From positions 1,663-65,662 of the forward strand of contig JAFZQB010000008.1 of assembly GCA_017552385.1 (NCBI GenBank): a DNA stretch of 64,000 nucleotides, written 5' to 3'. Made by a program: the position numbers and the translations under genes. The DNA is from Candidatus Saccharimonadota bacterium (GTDB lineage Bacteria > Patescibacteriota > Saccharimonadia > Saccharimonadales > Saccharimonadaceae). The notes beneath the pieces are model-generated. The model ran no database searches. It was not told the DNA's origin and was given only the letters and a program-made list of their open reading frames with translations. The stretch's first letter is position 1. Every line of letters begins with the position of its first letter. Shown here one piece after another: positions 27,350 to 36,115 of this stretch.

Positions 27350-28354
27350 ATGAACATTTTAGTAACAGGAGGAACTGGATACATCGGTTCCCATACAACT
27401 ATTGAGCTTATACGTGCTGGGCATACAGTCGAGATCCTTGATAACCTCTTTAATTCTAAGATTGAGGTGCTAGATAAAATAGAAAAAATATCAGGCGTAA
27501 AGCCTATATTCCATAAAGTTGACTTGCTTGACTATGGCAGCACGCTGAGAGTATTTAAAAATACTCAGTTTGATGCGGTTATTCATTTTGCAGGGATGAA
27601 AGCGGTAGGTGAGAGTGTCGAGAAGCCTCTTATGTACTACGAGAACAATATTCAGGGGACGATTAACCTACTCAAAGCAATGAATGAGACTGGCGTAAAG
27701 AAATTAATCTTTTCTTCTTCAGCGACGGTTTATGGCGATAAAGGAGATAAAAGTGGAGAGTTGGTCGAAACGATGACGACTGGGGTCGGGATAACAAATC
27801 CTTACGGCTGGACTAAGTCAATGATTGAGCAAATTATCCGTGACACTGCTGTTTCGGATCTATCTTTGTCTGCAACGATTCTACGTTACTTTAATCCGGT
27901 AGGGGCAGATAAGTCTGGCTTAATTGGTGAGGATCCAAATGGGATACCGAACAACTTAATGCCGATTGTTACGAAAGTCTATCAGGGCAAACTCCCGAAG
28001 TTAATAATATATGGTAATGATTATGCAACAGAAGACGGAAGCTGTAAGCGCGATTTCATACATGTAACTGATCTAGCCAAAGGTCATCTTTCTGCTCTCG
28101 AGCATATGGAGCCTGGAGTCTCGGTATACAATCTTGGAAGCGGAAAGGCGACATCGGTTTTTGAAATTGTAAATGCTTTTGAAAGAATATCTGGAAAAGA
28201 GCTGCCAAAAGAGATTGGCGAACGGCGCGCTGGCGATTTGGCTGTGGTTTGTGCAAATCCATCATTGGCATACAAAAAGTTGAATTGGAAGACGGAACTT
28301 ACCATTGACGACGCGATTGCTGATACGCTTAATTATTTGAAGATTAATTCGTAA
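27350..28354 (+). CDS. galE: UDP-glucose 4-epimerase
   Basis: 334 aa. MNILVTGGTGYIGSH Rossmann motif, SSSATVYG, and YGWTK (YxxxK). Confidence 0.92.
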   Translation: MNILVTGGTGYIGSHTTIELIRAGHTVEILDNLFNSKIEVLDKIEKISGVKPIFHKVDLLDYGSTLRVFKNTQFDAVIHFAGMKAVGESVEKPLMYYENNIQGTINLLKAMNETGVKKLIFSSSATVYGDKGDKSGELVETMTTGVGITNPYGWTKSMIEQIIRDTAVSDLSLSATILRYFNPVGADKSGLIGEDPNGIPNNLMPIVTKVYQGKLPKLIIYGNDYATEDGSCKRDFIHVTDLAKGHLSALEHMEPGVSVYNLGSGKATSVFEIVNAFERISGKELPKEIGERRAGDLAVVCANPSLAYKKLNWKTELTIDDAIADTLNYLKINS

Positions 28355-29319
28355 AATCGCCAAGCGGTCCTAAAGATTGAGGGCCCCATTTTCAAGGAGA
28401 CGAGCGCAAGCTTGTCTCTTTTCCCTGCCTCTGGATTTTTAGAAACCCATGTCTTATGACTTTTAATATAGCTAGAGAGAGACTTAATAAGTTTTTTGTC
28501 GTTAGTTTGGCGAAGAATAGAAAAGCGGGCGTGGATGCGGCGAAGATTGGTAGTATCGCTAAGGTTTGGGAAGATTTGGTCAATTTGATCACACATTTCG
28601 TCGGTACGCGTAATAAGAGCGAGCTTACGCTCATCGAATTTGCTGTTTGTGTAGGATGAGCTCCGAATATTATAGAAATATTTTGGCGTGGCGCCAAAAG
28701 CAATAGTGGCATTTGGGCTATTCTCATAGGACCGAAGGAAGAGACGGTAAGTTGTAGCGACGTCTTCGTGTATTTCATTCTCGGGGAAGCGAATTTTCGG
28801 AGATTGTTCAAAAAGACATCGTTCAAATAGCTTCGGAGTAACCTGAAGGTTGAACCCACGTTCTAATAACATGTTTTTTATTGCCTTCTCAACTGGTAGA
28901 TTGGCAGTTTTTTCTCTAGTTGTGTTAAAGTTGCGAAGATTGTTCGCGCGGCATTCATAATGTGGGCATATAGATATGGAAGATTTGGTTCGTTGGGCTA
29001 GAGATATGAGGTATTCTATGCAATCTTCCGCTAAGTAATCATCTGAGTCAAGAAAAAAGATGTAATCCCCTTTTGCAAGCTTTAGTCCAACATTCCTAGC
29101 GGCAGAAAGGCCGGCATTTTGTTGATGCCTAACAACGAAGCGACGGTCTTTTTCTGCATATTGATCGCAGATGTTTGGTGATTCGTCGGTAGATCCGTCG
29201 TCAATAATAATGACTTGGAAGTTGGAATAAGTCTGGCTTAAAACAGAGTCAAGGCATTTACGAAGATATCCGGATACGTTGTAGGCTGGGATAATGATAG
29301 ATACGAGGGGTTTAGCCAT
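28333..29319 (-). CDS. Glycosyltransferase family 2
   Basis: MAKPLVSIIIPAYNVSGYL...IIIDDGSTDES...DSDD. The internal ATG 29319 is preferred over track start 29367, which would overlap the upstream gene. Confidence 0.85.
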   Translation of the reverse strand: MAKPLVSIIIPAYNVSGYLRKCLDSVLSQTYSNFQVIIIDDGSTDESPNICDQYAEKDRRFVVRHQQNAGLSAARNVGLKLAKGDYIFFLDSDDYLAEDCIEYLISLAQRTKSSISICPHYECRANNLRNFNTTREKTANLPVEKAIKNMLLERGFNLQVTPKLFERCLFEQSPKIRFPENEIHEDVATTYRLFLRSYENSPNATIAFGATPKYFYNIRSSSYTNSKFDERKLALITRTDEMCDQIDQIFPNLSDTTNLRRIHARFSILRQTNDKKLIKSLSSYIKSHKTWVSKNPEAGKRDKLALVSLKMGPSIFRTAWRFYELIFK

Positions 29320-29320
29320 T

Positions 29321-30154
29321 TTAACTCCTAACCTTCTTCGCGCGATAAGCGGAACGGTAGCATGCAATACGCCATTTAATATATAGAAGCGCTAATAGGG
29401 CACGTTCTTTTGCTGAGGGCTGGGCCCCAACCCATGACTTAAGATTTTTGTAACTCTTTTGCCAGTTCTTCCATATTATTCCTGTTTTTTGGACAGAAGA
29501 GGTACTGGTGCCGAAATTATAAACATAAAGTGGCTCTAGAATAAAGTTGATCTTCCCTTTTGCATACTTTAGATAGTCAAGCACAAATTTGGTGTCTTCT
29601 GCAAAATCCCAAGATTCATCAAAAATTATATGGTGCTCCCGAACGATGCTGGCCTGAAAGATTTTATTAAAGGCTGGATACATCCGCCCATCTGCTAGAA
29701 GTGAGCGAAGAACAAAAGTGGTGTTTTTTTCGTTCGGAAGATATGGAAATGGTTCAAGATAAACATCCTCTGACGAATTCAGATTTAGCTTCTTGTAGTG
29801 TACGGCCGTAGCGACAAGTGAAGTGTCAGGCTGCGCAATTGCTGAAACAAGTTTTTCTATAAATGTTTTTTTGATAGTATCGTCAGAATCAACAAAAAGC
29901 AGGTACTCGCCATGGGATTTACCAATACCAAAGTTACGTGCAGAAGAAGCACCTCCATTAGACTTAGAGAAAATTTTAACTTTAGAGTTCTTGATTGTCT
30001 TAAGAATATTTAAGGAGTCGTCAGATGAACCGTCATCAACAAGGATTATCTCTATGCTTTTATATGCGCAAGAGAGTATAGTTTCAACAAGCGCTTTTGC
30101 CGTGATGCCAGTGTTATAGACTGGGATAATGATAGAAACAAGGGGCTCCGTCAT
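29321..30154 (-). CDS. Glycosyltransferase family 2
   Basis: MTEPLVSIIIPVYNTGI...ILVDDGSSDDS...VDSDD. ATG 30154 is preferred over 30268, which would overlap the divergent ABC permease gene. Confidence 0.85.
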   Translation of the reverse strand: MTEPLVSIIIPVYNTGITAKALVETILSCAYKSIEIILVDDGSSDDSLNILKTIKNSKVKIFSKSNGGASSARNFGIGKSHGEYLLFVDSDDTIKKTFIEKLVSAIAQPDTSLVATAVHYKKLNLNSSEDVYLEPFPYLPNEKNTTFVLRSLLADGRMYPAFNKIFQASIVREHHIIFDESWDFAEDTKFVLDYLKYAKGKINFILEPLYVYNFGTSTSSVQKTGIIWKNWQKSYKNLKSWVGAQPSAKERALLALLYIKWRIACYRSAYRAKKVRS

Positions 30155-30197
30155 GTTATCTATTATACATAAAACTCTTTTATGGTAAAATATAGGA

Positions 30198-31010
30198 ATG
30201 AGTATCCCAAGAATACTAAACAAAAAGAACCGAATTCTACTGAAGGAACTCACTAAGACTGATTTCAAATTAAGGTATCAGGGTTCGGCGTTAGGCTATC
30301 TTTGGGCATTGCTGCGCCCATTAATGATGTTCGCGATTCTCTATGTAGTGTTCGCGAAACTCCTTAAAATTGGCAACGATATTCCACACTATCCGGTCTA
30401 TCTTTTGACTGGTACGACAATGTGGAGTTTTTTCACAGAATGCACGAGCCAAGGAATACAGGCTATTGTGCAGCGGGGAGACTTACTAAGAAAAATTGCT
30501 TTCCCAAAATATATAGTAGTCGTATCAGCAACGCTTACTGCCGTTATAAATATGTTGATTAACTTAGTCGTAATTGTGATTTTTGCATTGATTAATGGAG
30601 TGACCCCAAGCTTATCCTGGCTCTTGGTCCCAATTTCTTTAGTTGAACTCTATGCATTATCTCTAGGTTTAGCCTTCTTTCTCGGAGCGCACAACGTAAA
30701 ATATCGTGACGTTACATCAATTTGGGACGTGCTTGTTCAGGCCCTATTTTATGCGGTACCGATTATCTACCCAGTATCAATGGTGGCAAATACGAGCGCT
30801 CTAGCTGCTAAAGTAATTCTTATGAACCCGATTGCGCAGGCGATTCAAGACATACGTTTTAATTTGATTACGACGGAATCTATGACGAGTTGGAATTTCC
30901 TAGGAGAGCCGTGGCTCTGTATAATACCGATTGTGATTGTTTTAGTCGCGTTAGTCATCGGAGCTTTGACTTTTAGAAGAAAATCTAAATTCTTTGCGGA
31001 GGAGGTCTAA
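30198..31010 (+). CDS. ABC-2 type polysaccharide/teichoic-acid export permease (Wzm/TagG-like)
   Basis: 270 aa with 6 TM segments. N-terminal KTDFKLRYQGSALGYLWALLRPL is typical of the ABC-2 family. Confidence 0.88.
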   Translation: MSIPRILNKKNRILLKELTKTDFKLRYQGSALGYLWALLRPLMMFAILYVVFAKLLKIGNDIPHYPVYLLTGTTMWSFFTECTSQGIQAIVQRGDLLRKIAFPKYIVVVSATLTAVINMLINLVVIVIFALINGVTPSLSWLLVPISLVELYALSLGLAFFLGAHNVKYRDVTSIWDVLVQALFYAVPIIYPVSMVANTSALAAKVILMNPIAQAIQDIRFNLITTESMTSWNFLGEPWLCIIPIVIVLVALVIGALTFRRKSKFFAEEV

Positions 31011-31792
31011 TGAGGCACAAGTTAGGAACGAGAATGGTAACGGATACAGATGGTGATGTCGCGATTTCCGTGAAGAATTTGCACAAAAGTTTTAAGCTTC
31101 CGACAGAACGAGCGTTCGGCCTAAAACAAGCTATTTTCAATCGTCTACGAGGGATTAAGGGATATACAGAGCAAAAGGTCTTAAATGGGCTTGATTTCGA
31201 AATTAAAAAGGGTGAATTTGTAGGGATTGTAGGTAGAAACGGAAGCGGTAAGTCTACTCTTCTTAAAATCCTTGCAGGTGTTTATTACCCTGAAAAGGGC
31301 CACATTGTGATTGATGGAAATTTGGTGCCGTTTATTGAGCTCGGGGTTGGATTTAACCCGGAACTTACAGGCCGCGAAAATGTCTATATGAATGGTGCGC
31401 TGCTTGGCTTTTCGAATAAAGAGATGGACGAAATGTATGATGACATTTGGAAGTTTGCGGAATTGGAGCAGTTCCAAGACCAGAAGTTAAAGAATTATTC
31501 GAGTGGTATGCAGGTTCGCTTGGCATTTTCAATCGCCATTCGTGCTAAAGGTGATATATTGCTTCTGGATGAGGTTCTCGCGGTTGGCGATGCGGCATTC
31601 CAGGAAAAATGTAATAAGTTTTTTGCTTCTCTACGCGGAGAACAAACCGTAGTATTGGTGACTCATTCGATGGACAATGTGCGAAAGTTTTGCGATCGTG
31701 CGATCTTAATCGAAGATGGAAAAATCAAAGACCAGGGCGATCCAGATAAAATTGCTGACGAGTACCTAAAACTCTGGGAAAACTATTCGTGA
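31010..31792 (+). CDS. ABC transporter ATP-binding protein (Wzt/TagH-like)
   Basis: 260 aa. Walker A GRNGSGKST, signature YSSGMQVRL, Walker B ILLLDE. ATGA overlap with the permease gene. Confidence 0.92.
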   Translation: MRHKLGTRMVTDTDGDVAISVKNLHKSFKLPTERAFGLKQAIFNRLRGIKGYTEQKVLNGLDFEIKKGEFVGIVGRNGSGKSTLLKILAGVYYPEKGHIVIDGNLVPFIELGVGFNPELTGRENVYMNGALLGFSNKEMDEMYDDIWKFAELEQFQDQKLKNYSSGMQVRLAFSIAIRAKGDILLLDEVLAVGDAAFQEKCNKFFASLRGEQTVVLVTHSMDNVRKFCDRAILIEDGKIKDQGDPDKIADEYLKLWENYS

Positions 31793-32724
31793 ATAATCTT
31801 TCGGAAGGTCTTGTATGGAGCTCCTCCGAGCTTGGTGGAAAGAAATAGGTACGTAGAAAGCTTTTTTGTAAGGAATCTATTTCGCTCAAAATCTTGGCTA
31901 TGTTCGCGTAACCAAATTAGTGTTTTTTGTGCTTCATCGTTTGAGATTTCAGATCGTAAACTCGCGTCAAGACGAGCAAACTTGGCGAGCAAAAGTGATA
32001 TGTCGATTGCGTCTTTATATCGCGGATTGTCCTTTGTGCCTAAAAAATTTTTCGACTCTTCGACTGCGCGTTCGCGAATATCGAGACGGTGAAGAATGTT
32101 TTTTTGAGCAGTAATGCTGCCAGGGCGCTCCCGATAAATATATAGTGACTCCGGAAGATAGGTAACCTTTTCCGCAAGAGAGAGAAGTTTATATGTAGTG
32201 AGGTTGTCTTCGTGCGTTTCGCCTTCGGGGAAGGCAATGTTCTTAAATAATCGCGATGAATATAGTTTGTTCCATGCAATAATATCTAGATTCTCTTGGC
32301 CGATAAGAAGCTGAATGGTAGCAGACTCGCCAGAAACTGTTTTTGCAGATGGGATGTCTTCGTTATAACCGAATACGACAATGTCGGCTTGATGGCTTGC
32401 GCTAGCAGATATGGCATGTTCAATTAGCTCTGGCTTGACATAGTCGTCGGAGTCTACGAAAGCAATGTACTCCCCTTTTGATGTTTTTATGCCAGTATTC
32501 CTAGCAACAGATAGCCCGGAGTTCTTTTGGTGTTTAACAATAATGCGCGAGTCCTTTGCCTTATATTTATCGCAAAGTGTTTCTGATCCATCTGTGGACC
32601 CATCGTCGATAAGGATAATTTCTAGATTGTGGTAAGTCTGGTTGATAATTGAATCGATGCACTCTGGTAAGTAGTCTTTGACATTATAAACTGGAACAAC
32701 AACAGAAACTAATGGGTTATTCAT
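31783..32724 (-). CDS. Glycosyltransferase family 2
   Basis: MNNPLVSVVVPVYNVKDYL...ILIDDGSTDGS...VDSDD. ATG 32724 is preferred over track start 32796. Confidence 0.85.
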   Translation of the reverse strand: MNNPLVSVVVPVYNVKDYLPECIDSIINQTYHNLEIILIDDGSTDGSETLCDKYKAKDSRIIVKHQKNSGLSVARNTGIKTSKGEYIAFVDSDDYVKPELIEHAISASASHQADIVVFGYNEDIPSAKTVSGESATIQLLIGQENLDIIAWNKLYSSRLFKNIAFPEGETHEDNLTTYKLLSLAEKVTYLPESLYIYRERPGSITAQKNILHRLDIRERAVEESKNFLGTKDNPRYKDAIDISLLLAKFARLDASLRSEISNDEAQKTLIWLREHSQDFERNRFLTKKLSTYLFLSTKLGGAPYKTFRKIIHE

Positions 32725-33865
32725 TGGCTTCCCTTTCTTGATATAATGGAAGCATTTCTTTTTCAAAAATTTGCTCGAAGTTGAATTCTTGTTCATAGCG
32801 ACGACGAGCGTTTTTGGCCATGGTTATTGACAGTGAACGATCGTCTATGACCTTCGCCATAGCCTCTGCGAGGTCTTCGGTAGAATTTGGGTTAATAAGA
32901 AGCCCCGTTTTCCTGTCATCAATTACTTCCGAAGCAGCGCCTACGTTAGTAGCAATAATGGCTTTCTGCATCATAGCTGCGTCTAACAATGACAAAGACA
33001 AGCCTTCTCTGTGGCTCGGGAGAATAAAAAACTCGTTTCCCGCAATAGCTTTCAACGGCTCGTCGGTACAACCGTGAAAGACTATGCGCTTGTTGCTTCC
33101 CGATGCTTTTTTGTAGCTTTCCAAATCTGGCCCATCACCATATATATTTAGAGTAATACTAGGATATTTGACACTTACAATGTTAAAAGCATCAATTAGC
33201 TCGGATACGCCTTTCTCTTGAGTAATACGCCCAACATAGACAAAACTGTTTTTTGGAGCTTTTGAACCATTATACTGTTCCCGTTTATCGAGAACGCCAT
33301 TTCGAATGATTGTGATATTGTTCGGGAGTTTTGACAATATATCTTGCAACCATTGTTTTTCATACCTGGATATTAGAACAATTTTCCCCACTGTCGGCAT
33401 AAGCGAGACTATTTTCTTTCCGATACTATTTTTGAATTTCTTATCAACGTTCCATAAAACCCAATTTCTAAAGTCGGCATGGTCCGTCCAGATGGTTCTT
33501 ACCTTGAGCTTATTCGCGGCCATGGTTGCAGAAATCCAATCGTCACGAGATTGAATATTGACTATCGCTGGCCTTTCGGCCTGGAAAAGGCCTGAGTACC
33601 ATCGTTTTTGTACATTTATGTTTAGCCAATAAAATGGCAATAAAAAGTTTTTGGCGCCGCTCCAGTTTTGTGTTTTTATATATGGTGGAGTAAAAGTTTC
33701 GATGCCTAAACTCTTGGCACGCTTTAGAAGTTCTTCTGAATTGGTAATGATATACGGAAGAAACCCGTGTGCTTTTAATTCCTTAGCTAATTCAAGCTGA
33801 TATACTTCTCCGCCTCCGAATTTGTTCGGGGCTACGTTGCGGATAAGGAATACTTTTTTTTGCAT
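32717..33865 (-). CDS. Glycosyltransferase family 4 (GT-B)
   Basis: 382 aa. FGGGEVYQLELAKEL N-terminus and EGLSLSLLDAAMMQKAIIATNVGAASEVI C-terminal motif. Confidence 0.85.
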   Translation of the reverse strand: MQKKVFLIRNVAPNKFGGGEVYQLELAKELKAHGFLPYIITNSEELLKRAKSLGIETFTPPYIKTQNWSGAKNFLLPFYWLNINVQKRWYSGLFQAERPAIVNIQSRDDWISATMAANKLKVRTIWTDHADFRNWVLWNVDKKFKNSIGKKIVSLMPTVGKIVLISRYEKQWLQDILSKLPNNITIIRNGVLDKREQYNGSKAPKNSFVYVGRITQEKGVSELIDAFNIVSVKYPSITLNIYGDGPDLESYKKASGSNKRIVFHGCTDEPLKAIAGNEFFILPSHREGLSLSLLDAAMMQKAIIATNVGAASEVIDDRKTGLLINPNSTEDLAEAMAKVIDDRSLSITMAKNARRRYEQEFNFEQIFEKEMLPLYQEREANE

Positions 33866-33874
33866 AATGACGGT

Positions 33875-36040
33875 CTATTTATCAAACATGTTCTTAGTCG
33901 TTTCAAAGAATTTTTGCCATGAATGTTGTTCTTTTAGAATGCGATGTGCCTCCGCAATGTATTTTTTGGCCTGGTCTGGTCTCTCCTTGAGCTCTTTTAT
34001 AGCCCGAGCATATGCAGATGGGTCCTCTATATCATCAACTAGCAGGCCAGACGCATGATCTTTTACGAAATCACTGATCCCGCCGATATTCGACGCAACG
34101 ATAGGTAAACCTTTCGCAGCGGCTTCTAATAGAATATTCGGTAAGCCGTCGCGGTTAGATGTATACAAAAACGCGTCGTATTTCGATGTATTTATTGACT
34201 GTAGCCCACCGCTGAACTTTCCTTTGTAACGGCCGCAGCCAGTGTTTAAATATTTGGAATCGAAATCGCTAGCAAGCTCGCCATAAAAATCAATCTTAAA
34301 GTCTTCTTCGTTAAGTAATTTTGCGACTTTTTTTGCTACTGAGGGGAGCTTCTCGTGGTCTATACGGCTAGCCCAAAGAATTCGGTATTCTTTGCTTGCT
34401 TCGTTCTCTTCCTTGCTTTGATCTTTGTTAATATCTACTGGTTGATAAATCGCTCGCATCTTGTCTTGATCGAAGCCCTCTTTTTCGATAAGTTCCTTTA
34501 TGGTGTTTTGGTTATCTGTATAGATCTTATTAACGAATGGGTAAATATTTAACAAATATGGATTCGCGTAATTCCCTATTTCTGGGGCATATTGATTAGT
34601 GATTGAAAAGATAGACACATCAAGTTTTACATTGCTCGAAATAAATTTTTTATGTGAAGCCGCCCACAAATACCCGTATTCTGAATTAATAATGTGTATG
34701 TTGTTACATTTTAATTGGGCGATAAGTCTGGAGAATAGCATCTCTTTTTGTGGCTCCCACAGTGCATTAGCCTTGTTTCCATAATCTATAATATATGCAT
34801 TCTTTGGCAACTGCTCGGCTTTGGTGTTCTCGACTGGTAAAGTGGTTATAACTGCAACCTTCCAATCTGGATGCTGTTTGGATATTGACTTGATATAATT
34901 GCACAGCGCTTTGTCTGCACCGCCTGTTCTAACCCATGGAACTATAAAAATATAGTCTGGCAAGGCAGGGATCTGCTTAACTAGATCATAGTATACTAGG
35001 CCGACACTATAATCGTCTGGCTCTGCCTCGACTACCTCACTGAGGACTTCTTTTGTCGGGTAGAGTTGGCTTTCGATTTCGTTAATCTTCTTCCATTCTT
35101 CAAGCATAAACTTAGGAACTTTTGCGCGTGGCCTGTCCTCTGGCTTGCCAATTCCAAGTGCTCGCTTTGTCATTTTTGCGACTGGGATAATGAAATAATT
35201 GATTCTGGAGTTGCTGCGAATCTTTTTGTAGACTTTGTATAATGCTGTACGGTGGCGAGTCCGAGCCGTTCTAGGGCGCATTTTATCTACTTCGTCTTTT
35301 GGAATAGATTTAAAATAGTCGATGTCGAGTAAAGAGACATATGGTTGAATGACGTGTTCCGTGTTTGAGCTTGTCAAAAGTGATCCTTCGGCTTTTTGAC
35401 GATAAAACATAACTGTCTCTGGGGCGACCATATGTTTAACGCCATGACCAACAGTGTTCGAATTCAGATTATAGTCTTCATAGCCGTATCCTCTTTCTGT
35501 CTTCATGTATGGATATTTGCGAAAGATTTCCGTCGGCCCCATGATAGCGGAGCACCAACGGTTAACTCCTGCTAGGATAATTGCATCTTCAAACTTCTCA
35601 TAGGAATCTTTTCTCCAGGTAAACTCTGGCCGTGTACCCGCCCCAAAATTGAATTGAATATTTGGGTGAATCATTATAGGCTCGGGCGACTCCTCGATTC
35701 GTTTTAATGCGCTGACATACCAGTTTGACGATAACATATCATCTGCGTCCAAGAATGAGATATACTTTCCTTTGGCGTGTTGAGCAATACAGTTTCTCGA
35801 CATTCCGAGATCCTTGAAGGAGCTGTGAATAATTTTAAAGCGTTTGTCATTCTTATATTGGTCAAAGTAGTTATTAGTGGGTTCGTCGCCGTTATCGATA
35901 TGAACAATTATTTCGTAAGGATATTTTTCAGTATCGAGTTCTTCGAGTGCAGCAAAAATGCTTCTGATGGTTTTGTGCGCAAGCGCTCCTTCTGCATGCG
36001 CCGTTACTCCGATGGTTAGTATGGTTTTTTCTTTGGTCAT
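33875..36040 (-). CDS. Two-domain glycosyltransferase (N-terminal GT2-like, C-terminal GT4/GT-B)
   Basis: 721 aa. N-terminal ISFLDADDML (DxD). C-terminal DGLPNILLEAAAKGLPIVASNIGGISDFV. TGGTATAAT lies 6 nt before the ATG. Confidence 0.8.
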   Translation of the reverse strand: MTKEKTILTIGVTAHAEGALAHKTIRSIFAALEELDTEKYPYEIIVHIDNGDEPTNNYFDQYKNDKRFKIIHSSFKDLGMSRNCIAQHAKGKYISFLDADDMLSSNWYVSALKRIEESPEPIMIHPNIQFNFGAGTRPEFTWRKDSYEKFEDAIILAGVNRWCSAIMGPTEIFRKYPYMKTERGYGYEDYNLNSNTVGHGVKHMVAPETVMFYRQKAEGSLLTSSNTEHVIQPYVSLLDIDYFKSIPKDEVDKMRPRTARTRHRTALYKVYKKIRSNSRINYFIIPVAKMTKRALGIGKPEDRPRAKVPKFMLEEWKKINEIESQLYPTKEVLSEVVEAEPDDYSVGLVYYDLVKQIPALPDYIFIVPWVRTGGADKALCNYIKSISKQHPDWKVAVITTLPVENTKAEQLPKNAYIIDYGNKANALWEPQKEMLFSRLIAQLKCNNIHIINSEYGYLWAASHKKFISSNVKLDVSIFSITNQYAPEIGNYANPYLLNIYPFVNKIYTDNQNTIKELIEKEGFDQDKMRAIYQPVDINKDQSKEENEASKEYRILWASRIDHEKLPSVAKKVAKLLNEEDFKIDFYGELASDFDSKYLNTGCGRYKGKFSGGLQSINTSKYDAFLYTSNRDGLPNILLEAAAKGLPIVASNIGGISDFVKDHASGLLVDDIEDPSAYARAIKELKERPDQAKKYIAEAHRILKEQHSWQKFFETTKNMFDK

Positions 36041-36115
36041 ACAGATATTATACCAAGTTTTTTAGCTTTTGCGTAACAAGGACAAGGAATGCCCTGATTA
36101 AAACAACGGGGCGGT

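Noticed and set aside
29321-30268. Long N-terminal extensions of several track ORFs (29321-30268, 28333-29367, 31783-32796, 40901-41470, 23645 start of glmM)
   Set aside because: The extensions overlap neighbouring genes or promoters and precede the conserved family N-termini (M..PLVSIIIP.YN for GT2, MGRYFGTDGIRG for GlmM, the LexA wHTH start). Internal ATGs were used instead.
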